From contig JAWAHN010000003.1 of the NCBI GenBank assembly GCA_038889235.1, positions 53,703-85,702 of the forward strand: a stretch of 32,000 nucleotides of DNA, given 5' to 3'. The position numbers and the translations under genes are program-made. Positions within the stretch are counted from its first letter, which is position 1. Every line of letters starts with the position of its first letter. This document shows, one piece after another, positions 8,437 to 17,439 of this stretch. The notes beneath the pieces were generated by a model. The model saw nothing but the letters and a program-made list of their open reading frames with translations. It had not been told where the DNA came from and did not search any database. This stretch comes from Candidatus Jordarchaeales archaeon. Its GTDB lineage: Archaea; Asgardarchaeota; Jordiarchaeia; Jordiarchaeales; Freyrarchaeaceae.

Positions 8437-9834
8437 CTACTTACTTCCGCCCTTTATCTGTTTATATTTGTAGAGTGCGGCTATTGCTTTAGCTGTCAGT
8501 GTCAGGTTCCTTAATACGGGAATCTGCTTTTTCTTGAATCCACTTTCAGCCATCTTAATTATTCTTTCGTCCCCAAAACCTAGAACTACTGTTGGCTTGC
8601 CCGTTCTCGACGCCGTTTCACCGAGGATTTCGAAGAACGGGGTGAGATCTGCATTGAAGTATCGTGGACTCGAAACTATTCCTGGTATGGCAAAGATCAT
8701 GACGATGGCGCCGACGTTTGGGTCACTTCCCAGTAACTCAACGGCTGGCATAGCTGACTCTACCACTGCTGGTCCAACGTCTACGGGGTTCGCGCACGAC
8801 GCCCACGGAGGTGCGGCTTTCCTAAGCCCGTTTATCGTTTCAGGCAGTAGTGTTGCAAGCTTCAACCCTAATGTTTCGAGCTCGTCACACATCATTGCGC
8901 CAAGGGATCCCGAGTTTGTTAGGATGGCTACGCCCCCGTCTGGTGGGAGGGGCTGAGAAGCCAAGACCATGGCGGTGTAGAATAGCTCGTCTATGCTTTC
9001 CACCCTTATTGCTCCTGACTGCTTTATGGCTGCGTCAAAGACCTTGTCGCTTCCAGCCAAGCTTCCCGTGTGGCTCCTCACAGCCCTAGAGCCAGCCTCC
9101 GTCCTCCCAGACTTCAACACCAGTATGGGCTTCTTCGCCGATGTCCTCTTGAAAACCTCAATCATTTTCTTACCTCTCCCGGGTTTGACGCCCTCAACGT
9201 ACAGCCCTATGACCTTTGTTTCTTCATCGTCCGCCAAGTACTCTACTACGTCTACTTCGTCCACGTCGCACTTGTTGCCTAGGGTGACAACCTTGCTCAG
9301 CCCTAAGCCCTCCGAGCAAGCCCTGTCAACCAGCGCTGTCCCGAAAACCCCTGACTGGGCGACGAAGGCGACACCTCCTTTCACGAGGATTGCCACGTCC
9401 ACGTCAGCCGTGGTGAACATGTTGGACGTGTTAACCACGCCAACACAATTCGGGCCTATAATCCTCATGCCGTTAGCCCTAGCAATCTTTACTACCTCCC
9501 TTTCTAGCCTCGCCCCCTCCTCTCCCGTCTCAGAGAACCCCGCTGACTCTATTATGACGTGGCGAACCCCCTTCTCAGCACACTCCTTTATTACTTCTAT
9601 GACTGCGCCACTTGGAACCATGATGACGGCGAGGTCGACGACCTCTGGAAGCTCCCTCACAGACCTGAAAACATCAACTCCCATAACCTTCCCCCCCTTA
9701 ATGTTTACAAGGTAGGTTTTGACGCCCTGATGCGACAGAATGTTCTTCGTTGGGACATGCCCGAAGCCGAGGGTCTCAGTCGCCCCTATGACAGCCACCG
9801 ATCGTGGGTTAAAGAACGCGTCAAGAGACCGCAA
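8437..9834 (-). CDS. acdA: ADP-forming acyl-CoA synthetase (ACD) alpha subunit, copy 1
   Basis: LDAFFNPRSVAVIGA, IESAGFSETG, RIIGPNCVG, AQSG, LGNKCDV, SHTGSLAG (phospho-His), TNSGSLG, NPVD. TTG 9834 chosen as start; track start 9888 overlaps the upstream gene. Confidence 0.92.
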   Translation of the reverse strand: MRSLDAFFNPRSVAVIGATETLGFGHVPTKNILSHQGVKTYLVNIKGGKVMGVDVFRSVRELPEVVDLAVIMVPSGAVIEVIKECAEKGVRHVIIESAGFSETGEEGARLEREVVKIARANGMRIIGPNCVGVVNTSNMFTTADVDVAILVKGGVAFVAQSGVFGTALVDRACSEGLGLSKVVTLGNKCDVDEVDVVEYLADDEETKVIGLYVEGVKPGRGKKMIEVFKRTSAKKPILVLKSGRTEAGSRAVRSHTGSLAGSDKVFDAAIKQSGAIRVESIDELFYTAMVLASQPLPPDGGVAILTNSGSLGAMMCDELETLGLKLATLLPETINGLRKAAPPWASCANPVDVGPAVVESAMPAVELLGSDPNVGAIVMIFAIPGIVSSPRYFNADLTPFFEILGETASRTGKPTVVLGFGDERIIKMAESGFKKKQIPVLRNLTLTAKAIAALYKYKQIKGGSK

Positions 9835-9868
9835 GGCAACGCCACCCTTCCCCTTCTCCGTGTAGTCG

Positions 9869-10678
9869 TCAGACAAGCTGTTCGACAATCATGATCACCC
9901 CCAATAGCGCGAATATTGCCCCAATAATTTTGGCGAGCTTTTCCTCCGGCGCCCTGTTAGCGTAAACCGCCCCAATCCTCCCCCCAACCACAGTTCCCGC
10001 ACCCACAACGAACGCTGCCAAGAAAGCCACGTTCCCATTTAGAGCGTAGCCGAGGGTGCCGGAGAAAGCTGTCACAGCCATTATGAGCGTTGAAGTCCCA
10101 ACCGCCTTGTGAACAGGGTACTTGAGAAGAAATATTAAGACGAGAAGGAACATGACTCCACCCCCAGCACCGAAAACCCCGCTTATAACACCTATCAAGA
10201 AGCCTATGATGAAAGATGCTGCAGCCTGCTTTAACCCGACCTTACTCACGCCACCTACAGTCTCCACGCCGTGCACCACGGAGGCTCCCGAGAAAAGGCG
10301 CAGCTTGCGGCGCACATCCTCCCTCCAAAGCCCGACCCCGCTTATCATTAGGAAAACCCCGAATCCCCCTCCAAGCTCGAGCTCAGGTATGTGTGCTGCC
10401 AGAACGCTGCCAGCCTGCGCTCCGAGTACTGCGCCCAAGGCCAGCCACACACCAGACTTCAAGTCCACGTTCCCACGTCTGTAGTAGACGTACGTCACTA
10501 TTAACGAGGCGATAACGTCCACCGCGAGACTGGTACCAATTGCAGCGTGAATGGGCAGCCCTAGGACCATGGTGAGAGCTGGCACAACAATGAGCACGCC
10601 GCTTGCACCCATTAGCCCAGTAAGACAGCCAGAGCAGAACCCTATTGCAACCGAGGCGACGGAGGAAAGCCAGTCCAT
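9869..10678 (-). CDS. TauE/SafE (TSUP, DUF81) family transporter
   Basis: Two repeats of GxxxGxxGxxGGVxxVP/L plus AIGTSL/AVGTS motifs; about 8 TM segments. Confidence 0.92.
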   Translation of the reverse strand: MDWLSSVASVAIGFCSGCLTGLMGASGVLIVVPALTMVLGLPIHAAIGTSLAVDVIASLIVTYVYYRRGNVDLKSGVWLALGAVLGAQAGSVLAAHIPELELGGGFGVFLMISGVGLWREDVRRKLRLFSGASVVHGVETVGGVSKVGLKQAAASFIIGFLIGVISGVFGAGGGVMFLLVLIFLLKYPVHKAVGTSTLIMAVTAFSGTLGYALNGNVAFLAAFVVGAGTVVGGRIGAVYANRAPEEKLAKIIGAIFALLGVIMIVEQLV

Positions 10679-11386
10679 ACCGCAGCACCCGGAGAGCTCG
10701 CCTAGCACATGTCACCTAGTCAAAAAAAAGCAACTTTAAAAAAGTTCCCACAAGGAAAGCAAAAACGAAAGTGGATGCCAAGGCCTCCACACTACCTTAA
10801 CCCGCACGTTCCCGGCTTCAAGCAGTTGGCTTCAGCTCCTCACCACATTACTCTTCTATGCACTCCAGAACCCCTAGCCAGCCCTTTGCGCGTCTTCAAA
10901 TGAATTACTCCTTAAATACGTGGTCAAAAAGGTTAAGGGGCTTCCTAGGCAAACGTCGCCCACTTGTCTCCTGAAACACTTTGTCACGCTCTCCCGGGCT
11001 GGTGCGGGACGTGTGGCAGGCGACGGCGGCTATGGTGGTAGCGACTGCGTCGAAGTAAGTGTGCTGCCTCTTCTGGTGGGCTGCGATTTCAGCCATATTC
11101 AGTGTCCATATGGACTCAGAAATCCAGTCCATGAGGTGGTCTAGCCACCGGGCAGAACTGTAACCTACTTCTTGCGTTCTTCACCACTCTATCGAGAAGG
11201 GGAGGGTGAATCGTCCCAGAAGCTTCGACTTTAAGTTCGTGCACGTCCATAACCCCCTCCACAGACTGTTAAATGCATAACTTAAAAACTAATTTTGACG
11301 ACTCTCTTTAACAGCTGGTGGGAGCCCAGATTTGTTCTAGTATTATTTATTTAATTAATTACTACTTTTTATTTTTTGAAAAAAGA

Positions 11387-11400
11387 AATATTTAAATATT
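11387..11400. promoter_or_regulatory. Perfect 14-bp palindrome containing a TATA-like box upstream of acr3
   Basis: AATATTTAAATATT is its own reverse complement, lies about 45 nt upstream of the acr3 start and is preceded by an A-rich BRE-like stretch. Confidence 0.45.
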
Positions 11401-11445
11401 AGAATAAGTCGATGTTTCTCCAAGCTAGGAACCGTGGAGGTTGCG

Positions 11446-12615
11446 GTGTTGAGTGGCAGCGTTAAGCTTGGCCTGCTGGACAGGTATCTAACGCTGTGGA
11501 TATTCCTAGCCATGGTGCTCGGTGTCGGGTTGGGTGCTGTTCTGCCGGAGTTCAGCAGCTTACTTAATAGGCTCAGGATGGATACTGTGTCGCTTCCCAT
11601 AGCTATAGGGCTACTACTCATGATGTACCCGCCTCTAGCCAAGGTGAAGTATGAGGAGTTGTCAAGGCTCATGAACCTTAAGGGTGCGTTCACCGTGTCA
11701 CTGGTGCAGAACTGGGTCATAGGCCCGGCGCTCATGTTCGCGCTTGCATGGATTCTGTTGCCAGACTTGCCGGAGTACAGGGTTGGGTTGACCGTGGTTG
11801 GGCTTGCGCGTTGCATAGCTATGGTTCTAGTCTGGAATCAGCTTGCAAAAGGTGACAATGAGCTCTGCGCAGTACTAGTTGCTCTGAACTCTGTTTTCCA
11901 GATGCTAATGTACTCGGTGCTGGCTTACTTGTACGTTACTCTGCTTCCATCATGGCTTAGCGGTGTGCCCGTGTGGCTTGCAGAAGTTCCAAGGTGGGTT
12001 TGGATGCTATCCCCGGAGCTTTCGCTCGCAGGATTAGCCGTCTCTGCCTCCGGTGCGTCAACGGTCAACGTGTCCATAGTTGACATAGCGAAAAGCGTGC
12101 TCATATACCTCGGGATCCCATTCACTGGCGGTGTTATAACTCGCTACACGCTGATTAGGAGAAGGGGCAAGGAGTGGTATGAGACTGTTTTCGCGAGGAA
12201 GATTAGCCCCCTCACCCTTGCAGCGCTGCTCTTCACGATAGTTGTCATGTTCTCTCTTAAAGGTGAAACCATAGTTGCACTGCCAATCGACGTGTTAAGA
12301 GTAGCTATCCCGCTAATGTTCTACTTCGTTCTAATGTTCTTCTTGTCCTTCATCATGGTTTGGAAGCTTGGCTTCAACTACCCTGAGACGGCAACCATAT
12401 CATTTACCGCGGCGAGCAACAACTTCGAGCTCGCAATAGCGGTCTGCGTCGGAGTCTTCGGCATAGCGTCAGGGCAGGCGTTCGCGGCGGTCATAGGGCC
12501 GCTCATCGAGGTTCCAGTGCTTATAAACCTGGTTAACGTCTCGCTGTGGCTTGAAAAGAAGCTCTTCAAGCCTTCAATTCCTGCACCGGTGATCGAGGTC
12601 GCAACTAAAAAGTAG
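11446..12615 (+). CDS. acr3: Acr3 family arsenite efflux transporter
   Basis: [64 protein letters not shown]. Start after GGAGGT. Confidence 0.96.
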   Translation: MLSGSVKLGLLDRYLTLWIFLAMVLGVGLGAVLPEFSSLLNRLRMDTVSLPIAIGLLLMMYPPLAKVKYEELSRLMNLKGAFTVSLVQNWVIGPALMFALAWILLPDLPEYRVGLTVVGLARCIAMVLVWNQLAKGDNELCAVLVALNSVFQMLMYSVLAYLYVTLLPSWLSGVPVWLAEVPRWVWMLSPELSLAGLAVSASGASTVNVSIVDIAKSVLIYLGIPFTGGVITRYTLIRRRGKEWYETVFARKISPLTLAALLFTIVVMFSLKGETIVALPIDVLRVAIPLMFYFVLMFFLSFIMVWKLGFNYPETATISFTAASNNFELAIAVCVGVFGIASGQAFAAVIGPLIEVPVLINLVNVSLWLEKKLFKPSIPAPVIEVATKK

Positions 12616-12717
12616 CCTTCTCCCTCTAACCTTCCCTTTTTCTGTTTGCTGAAAGTTATATTTTAAAGTCTTTTCTCTCTCCTCTACAGCGGACTAAGAA
12701 AGAGGGGAGTTGGCCGC

Positions 12718-13980
12718 TTGAAGAACATTGACGAGATTAACGCTAAGATACTGAGTGGGGATGCTGTCGTCCTCACGGCTGAAGAGCTTAAGCGAATGAT
12801 TAGGGGTGGCGAGGAGGTTCGGGCTGAAGACATCGACGTTGTTACGACTGCGACTTGCGCTGTTATGTCGGGTACTGCTGCTATCCTGGTCATCCCCGTA
12901 GCTGAGAGGGGGGCTTTTGAGAGGGCTGAGATGGCTTGGCTTAACGGTGTTCCCGCTTTTCCGGGTCCCTGCCCAAACGAGAGACTGGGCGTGGTTGACG
13001 TCATAGTTTATGGAACTGCTAGCGCGAGCCGTGATTACGGTGGAGGGCACCTCTTCCGCGACTTAGTCGAGGGGAAGACTGTTGAGGTTAGAGTTGAGGC
13101 TGAAGGCAGGTTTTTCGAGAGAGAGGTGACGCTCGCCGACATCTCCTTTGCTCGCATGTTTACCACGCGTTCAGCCTTCAGGAACTACGCCGCCATGGTG
13201 AACACGAGGGGGGGTGTGGTTAAAACGATATTTTCCGTCACGGGGCTTAGAGGCCCACTTATGGAGGCAACGGTTTCAGGTTCGGGGGAGGTTAACCCCA
13301 TCGAGAATGACCCTGCTCTGAGGACGATAGGAGTTGGAACAAGGGTTTTGCTTAACGGCGCCGTCGGCTACATAGTGGGTGAGGGTACGAGGAGCAGCGC
13401 GGAGTGCCCGAACGTCTCGGTGGTCGCCGAAATGAGGGACATGGACCCGGAGTTCATGGGTGGATTTGTGACCTCAGCTGGCCCGGAGTGCATAACGTCT
13501 GTTGCTGTACCAATACCTGTGCTTGACGAGCAGGTGTTTAGGGGGCTCAAAGTGTTAGACGAGGAGATAAAGCTCCCCGTTAAAGACGTTAACACCAGGG
13601 TTGAAATCGCTGAAAGCAGTTATGCACGCGTCTGGCAGGATGCCCCGCTTGAAGTTAAGTTCGACGCCGGCAAGTGTAGGAGGTGCACGTTGCGCTGTGA
13701 GGTGGAGGAGGTGTGTCCGACTAGGGCGTTTTCCAGGGGTAGGATAGATAGGAGGAGGTGCTTTAACTGCCTCACCTGCGTGCATCTTTGCCCGATGCAA
13801 GAAAAGGAGTATGCCGCTATAGAGGTGGAAGGTGTAAAGGTTCCCATCGTTTTGAGGCAATCTGATAGAAGCAGGGCAAATAGGCTGGCGATGAAGCTCA
13901 AAAGGATGATAGAGGCAGGCAAGTTCCTTTTAACAAGTCCTCTACAACCCCTCCGCCCGCCGAGACAAGCCAGCAGTTAG
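12718..13980 (+). CDS. Methanogenesis marker 16-like metalloprotein (DUF39 family) with C-terminal ferredoxin domain
   Basis: EINAKI..G.AVVLTAEE, DVVTTATCAVMSGT, GPCPNERLG, GGGHLFRDL, SGSGEVNPIEND; C-terminal CxxC..C...CP and CxxCxxCxxxCP. Confidence 0.85.
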   Translation: MKNIDEINAKILSGDAVVLTAEELKRMIRGGEEVRAEDIDVVTTATCAVMSGTAAILVIPVAERGAFERAEMAWLNGVPAFPGPCPNERLGVVDVIVYGTASASRDYGGGHLFRDLVEGKTVEVRVEAEGRFFEREVTLADISFARMFTTRSAFRNYAAMVNTRGGVVKTIFSVTGLRGPLMEATVSGSGEVNPIENDPALRTIGVGTRVLLNGAVGYIVGEGTRSSAECPNVSVVAEMRDMDPEFMGGFVTSAGPECITSVAVPIPVLDEQVFRGLKVLDEEIKLPVKDVNTRVEIAESSYARVWQDAPLEVKFDAGKCRRCTLRCEVEEVCPTRAFSRGRIDRRRCFNCLTCVHLCPMQEKEYAAIEVEGVKVPIVLRQSDRSRANRLAMKLKRMIEAGKFLLTSPLQPLRPPRQASS

Positions 13981-14113
13981 CACCACACCCACTCCGTCTA
14001 GCCACCAACCTTGAACTTGTGAAAACGGGCATGTCGGTTTTAATTGGTGTTACGTCAACTGGCAGCCCTATCGTGGCTAGAAAAAAGATGGGAAAGGGAG
14101 GGGGCTTAATGCG

Positions 14114-16153
14114 TCATCCTAACATGTATATGACTGCGTGTGTGTTTGTGGCGTCAAAGATTATCCGTTCGCATCCTAGTATGTCCTTGTAGTTGCTCCA
14201 TCTTGGTAGTTTTCCAAGTAAGCCGTCGGGATCTCCTGGATACCCGTTCCTCATGAAGTTGCTGATGTAGGCTATGATGGCGTTGGACAATTCAATTCTT
14301 CCAGGTTCATTCTCCTTAGTCCACGCGAAGTTGCAGTAGGGGAATCCTTCACCCTCACCTACGTTGCCGAGGAAGAATGGCACGTCAATCGAGTGACATG
14401 CTCCTAGGAGGAAGTCAAGCGGCTTAGGCTCCTGGTTCCAGCAGAACCTGAAGACGTAAACGTTGCTCTGGTATTTGCTCATAAGCGTTGCAATGAGGTC
14501 TGTCCCCACGGCTTCCCATAGTTTCGTGCTTATCGTTGAAATGAGCTCGTATCCGACTAAGAGCAGCCAGTCAAGGAATGGTGCCAGCTCCTCTGGCCAT
14601 GGGCGTGTGGCTTCCAAGTACTCTGAGAGACTTGGGATGTAGCGTCCAAATGTCGTGTTAAGGTAGCTTGCCATGTCTGAGAGTCCCATTGAGAGGAAGA
14701 ATTTGAACTCCTCCTCGCAGCTACCTATGATCACGGGTACTTTAATGTAGTCTCCGTCTCTTAGTCTAACGTATGGGTTCTTAGCTACAACATACCCGTC
14801 CGCGTAAGTCATGGAGACCACGTTCATTAGCGCCATGAGGTACTTGCCCGCTGAGTCTTCGGGCAGTAATCTGGAAATCAACTCGGGTGGGACTAGACTC
14901 ATTATAGTCTCAATCAGCTTGTTCATCTGGTCAACTAGCTCGGATACTACCGGTTGTATGCTGGGCGGTAGGAGACCTATGAGCAAGTCTGATGGAAGTA
15001 AGCCTGTCATTAGGGCAATCAAGTCTGCTTGTGCTCCACTGTGGTCTCTTACAGCTTCGTAGAGCTCCTTCATGTCTGCGTTTCTCAGCAAGCTTGCAAT
15101 TTCACTCTGACTCATCGCTGCAATTTTGCTCAATGCCTCGTTTATGCTGCTCGCGTTCCCCCTCTTCACCAGCAAGCTGGCCAGCACGAGGTTCGCCGAC
15201 TGCTCAGCTTCCTCAAGCGTCGCCGTCATTATCCCCCCGCTCTCAAGTATGGCCCTGTGAAACAGCGGGTTCCCTTTATCGAAGAACTCCTGCTTAACGT
15301 AGGGCGAGGTTATTAAGGCAAGTATGTTCATGGCGCCAGCAGACTCGCCTGCGACAGTTATGCAGTTGGGGTTGCCGCCGAAGTTCTTTATGTTTTTCTT
15401 CACCCATTCAAGTGCTTTAACTATGTCGAGCAAGCCGTAGTTGCCGGAGTCATTTACCGGGTCACCTGTCTTAAGGGCCGGGTGGTAGAACCAGCCCTCT
15501 ATTCCAACCCTGTAGTTGAATGTAACGACTACGGCGTTGGCCTTACGGGCCAAGTTAGCTCCGTAATACAGCGGCATCGAGCTACTGCCCGATATGTCAG
15601 CTCCACCGTAAACCCATACGAAAACTGGTAGGTTGCTGGGCAGCTTTCCGTCCTTAGCCTTCGGCACCCATATGTTCAAGTAAAGGCAGTCCTCGCTCCC
15701 TATTACGGCACCGGTAGCTATCTCGTCTTCATAGCTCTCGTCTGCGACACACATTATTGATGCAATCTGCATTGGTATGTCGGAAAAGCTTGTCGCATTA
15801 AGCACACCTTGCCAAGGATCAGGGTCCTGTGGTGCTTTCCAGCGTAGCTCGCCCACAGGTGGCTTCGCGTACGGAATGCCAAGCCAAGCATAAGTGTAGT
15901 TGTCCCATTCAAAGCCGCGAACCAGCCCGTACGCTGTCTTCACGAGCAACGGGTCGCTGCTGCTCTGAGAGCTAGAAGTAGACGAGATTACTCTTTGCAG
16001 AAGGATTTGTTGAAGTCTGGAAGGCGTTGCAGCATTTACGAGGATGCCGCCCTCCATACCCACAATGATGGATACACAGAGGAAAACTGCAATCACAGCT
16101 AAGTACTTCCTCCTCACCGGACTCCTCCTCCCAAACACCCCTTTGACGCCCAC
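14114..16153 (-). CDS. Secreted type-B carboxylesterase/lipase (COesterase family)
   Basis: Signal peptide, WLGIPYAKPPVGELRWKAP, SEDCLYLNIW, YGG, NYGLLD, GESAG (Ser), EEE, GACH (His). Confidence 0.95.
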   Translation of the reverse strand: MGVKGVFGRRSPVRRKYLAVIAVFLCVSIIVGMEGGILVNAATPSRLQQILLQRVISSTSSSQSSSDPLLVKTAYGLVRGFEWDNYTYAWLGIPYAKPPVGELRWKAPQDPDPWQGVLNATSFSDIPMQIASIMCVADESYEDEIATGAVIGSEDCLYLNIWVPKAKDGKLPSNLPVFVWVYGGADISGSSSMPLYYGANLARKANAVVVTFNYRVGIEGWFYHPALKTGDPVNDSGNYGLLDIVKALEWVKKNIKNFGGNPNCITVAGESAGAMNILALITSPYVKQEFFDKGNPLFHRAILESGGIMTATLEEAEQSANLVLASLLVKRGNASSINEALSKIAAMSQSEIASLLRNADMKELYEAVRDHSGAQADLIALMTGLLPSDLLIGLLPPSIQPVVSELVDQMNKLIETIMSLVPPELISRLLPEDSAGKYLMALMNVVSMTYADGYVVAKNPYVRLRDGDYIKVPVIIGSCEEEFKFFLSMGLSDMASYLNTTFGRYIPSLSEYLEATRPWPEELAPFLDWLLLVGYELISTISTKLWEAVGTDLIATLMSKYQSNVYVFRFCWNQEPKPLDFLLGACHSIDVPFFLGNVGEGEGFPYCNFAWTKENEPGRIELSNAIIAYISNFMRNGYPGDPDGLLGKLPRWSNYKDILGCERIIFDATNTHAVIYMLG

Positions 16154-16644
16154 TCATTCTCTTTCAATAAATTATAAATTTTACGGTAAACTATGATACC
16201 TTCGTAGGTATATAGAAAAGGTATAGTTGAGTGGGAAGCTAAAGGGAAACCGAGTACTTATTGAAACCGAGTGTTTCTTAGCGCACTTGCGGGAACTGTG
16301 GGCCACTCTTCCTCCTCTCGCTTCCCCCCAGGGGGACGAAGGCGTCCAGCACCGCTTTGCGCGCCTCCTCGACCACCGTCTTCAACCTCTAACTGTTGAG
16401 AGTGCCGAACTTTTGAATTCTCAATCTTCAAGTTTTCTAAGACCTAATTTCACATGTAAAGCGTTAGCGCCGAGCGCCGTGCCTACTAACAAGAGGGATG
16501 ATGGTGGTTCAAGTCATCCAGTGTGCTGGCAAAATGAGAAAGGATTTGTTAGGAAGGGTGCTTCTTTAATGGAGTACCAACTTTCTAGCAGCCTGTGCCC
16601 TAAAAAAGGGACGTTAAGAGCAGGTTTCCGTGCCTTTCTCCGTG

Positions 16645-17439
16645 TTATTCCAGCGGTATTTTTTCTCCAGGTCTTGGAGGAGTCAGCGTGTATGCTTCCT
16701 CGACGCTTACTACTCCCACCTCTCCCAGCAGTGTTCTCTTTTTCCCCTCGTAGACTCCTTTCACCTGGTACGCCATGGCTTCCATTGTAAGCACTGCTGT
16801 CGCCACGTATTCTCCCGGCTTCAGCCTCTCGGCATCCGTTGAACGGGTGCCGAAGACTAGTTTTGTGCCTCCGACGGCCCTCATTGATATCGCTGGAATT
16901 ATGACCGGCTGTCCATCTTCAATTTTGGCTACGACTTTTACCGCGTTCAGCCTGTTAAACTTCTCGGATATGTTTGGGTGCAGCCGTTTTCCGCCTCCAC
17001 TCACAGGGGTAACCATGGCTGCTAGGGTGTCGAGGAGTATGGCTGCTTTAGACTTCGCTCTTTCCACCTGCCAAACTTCTTCAACCTTGATTACGCCGGC
17101 CGCCCTCGCTCCCGTGTAAGCGTTGTACTTGAAGAGCGGGATCTCCGATACGAACTCGTAGTACTTGCCTCTTCTCTCGAACCCTTTAAAGACACCCGTC
17201 GCAACGTAGTTTTCAAGTTTCTCGGTGACGACGCAGGCGCACACCTTGCACCCCTCGGCTAGGTTTTTCCTCGTCTTGAGCATCATGAACTCGCCGAACA
17301 CGAGGGTCTCCTCATCGAAAGCCCTAAGGGATATCACGGGAACAACGTTTGGCTTCCCGTCCCCGCCGGCGGTTGCGAGGAACTTGCCTGCCATCTCAAG
17401 GTTGAAAGCCTCAACAGCTCCGCGGGGGAGAGCCATCAT
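16645..17439 (-). CDS. Tandem FMN-binding split-barrel (pyridoxamine 5'-phosphate oxidase-like) protein
   Basis: Internal duplication: KFLATAGGDGKPNVVPVISLRAFDEETLVFG versus KVVAKIEDGQPVIIPAISMRAVGGTKLVFG. ATGA overlap with the upstream activase. Confidence 0.85.
   Translation of the reverse strand: MMALPRGAVEAFNLEMAGKFLATAGGDGKPNVVPVISLRAFDEETLVFGEFMMLKTRKNLAEGCKVCACVVTEKLENYVATGVFKGFERRGKYYEFVSEIPLFKYNAYTGARAAGVIKVEEVWQVERAKSKAAILLDTLAAMVTPVSGGGKRLHPNISEKFNRLNAVKVVAKIEDGQPVIIPAISMRAVGGTKLVFGTRSTDAERLKPGEYVATAVLTMEAMAYQVKGVYEGKKRTLLGEVGVVSVEEAYTLTPPRPGEKIPLE

Noticed and set aside
8534-10739. Several plus-strand ORFs of 60-240 aa
   Set aside because: All are antisense to acdA and tauE and carry no motifs.
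10740-11260. Short ORFs between tauE and acr3 (10905-11132, 10920-11144, and an RBS-led 44-aa MDVHELKV... frame)
   Set aside because: May be a decayed gene (faint echoes of CDF, rhodanese or HEPN fragments), but no assignment holds across frames.
12718-13980. Evidence that the organism is a methanogen (marker 16 plus MtaA-like gene)
   Set aside because: No mcr, mtr or corrinoid genes in the window, the MtaA-like protein lacks its Zn ligands, and the surrounding genes look fermentative.
16090-16153. Twin-arginine (Tat) signal in the carboxylesterase (VRRKYL)
   Set aside because: It is only a partial consensus match, and a basic n-region is equally compatible with Sec export.
16180-16211. Short palindromes TTTAC-G-GTAAA and ATACCT-N4-AGGTAT upstream of the esterase
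   Set aside because: I found no matching copies upstream of the other catabolic genes, so a shared regulon motif is unsupported.
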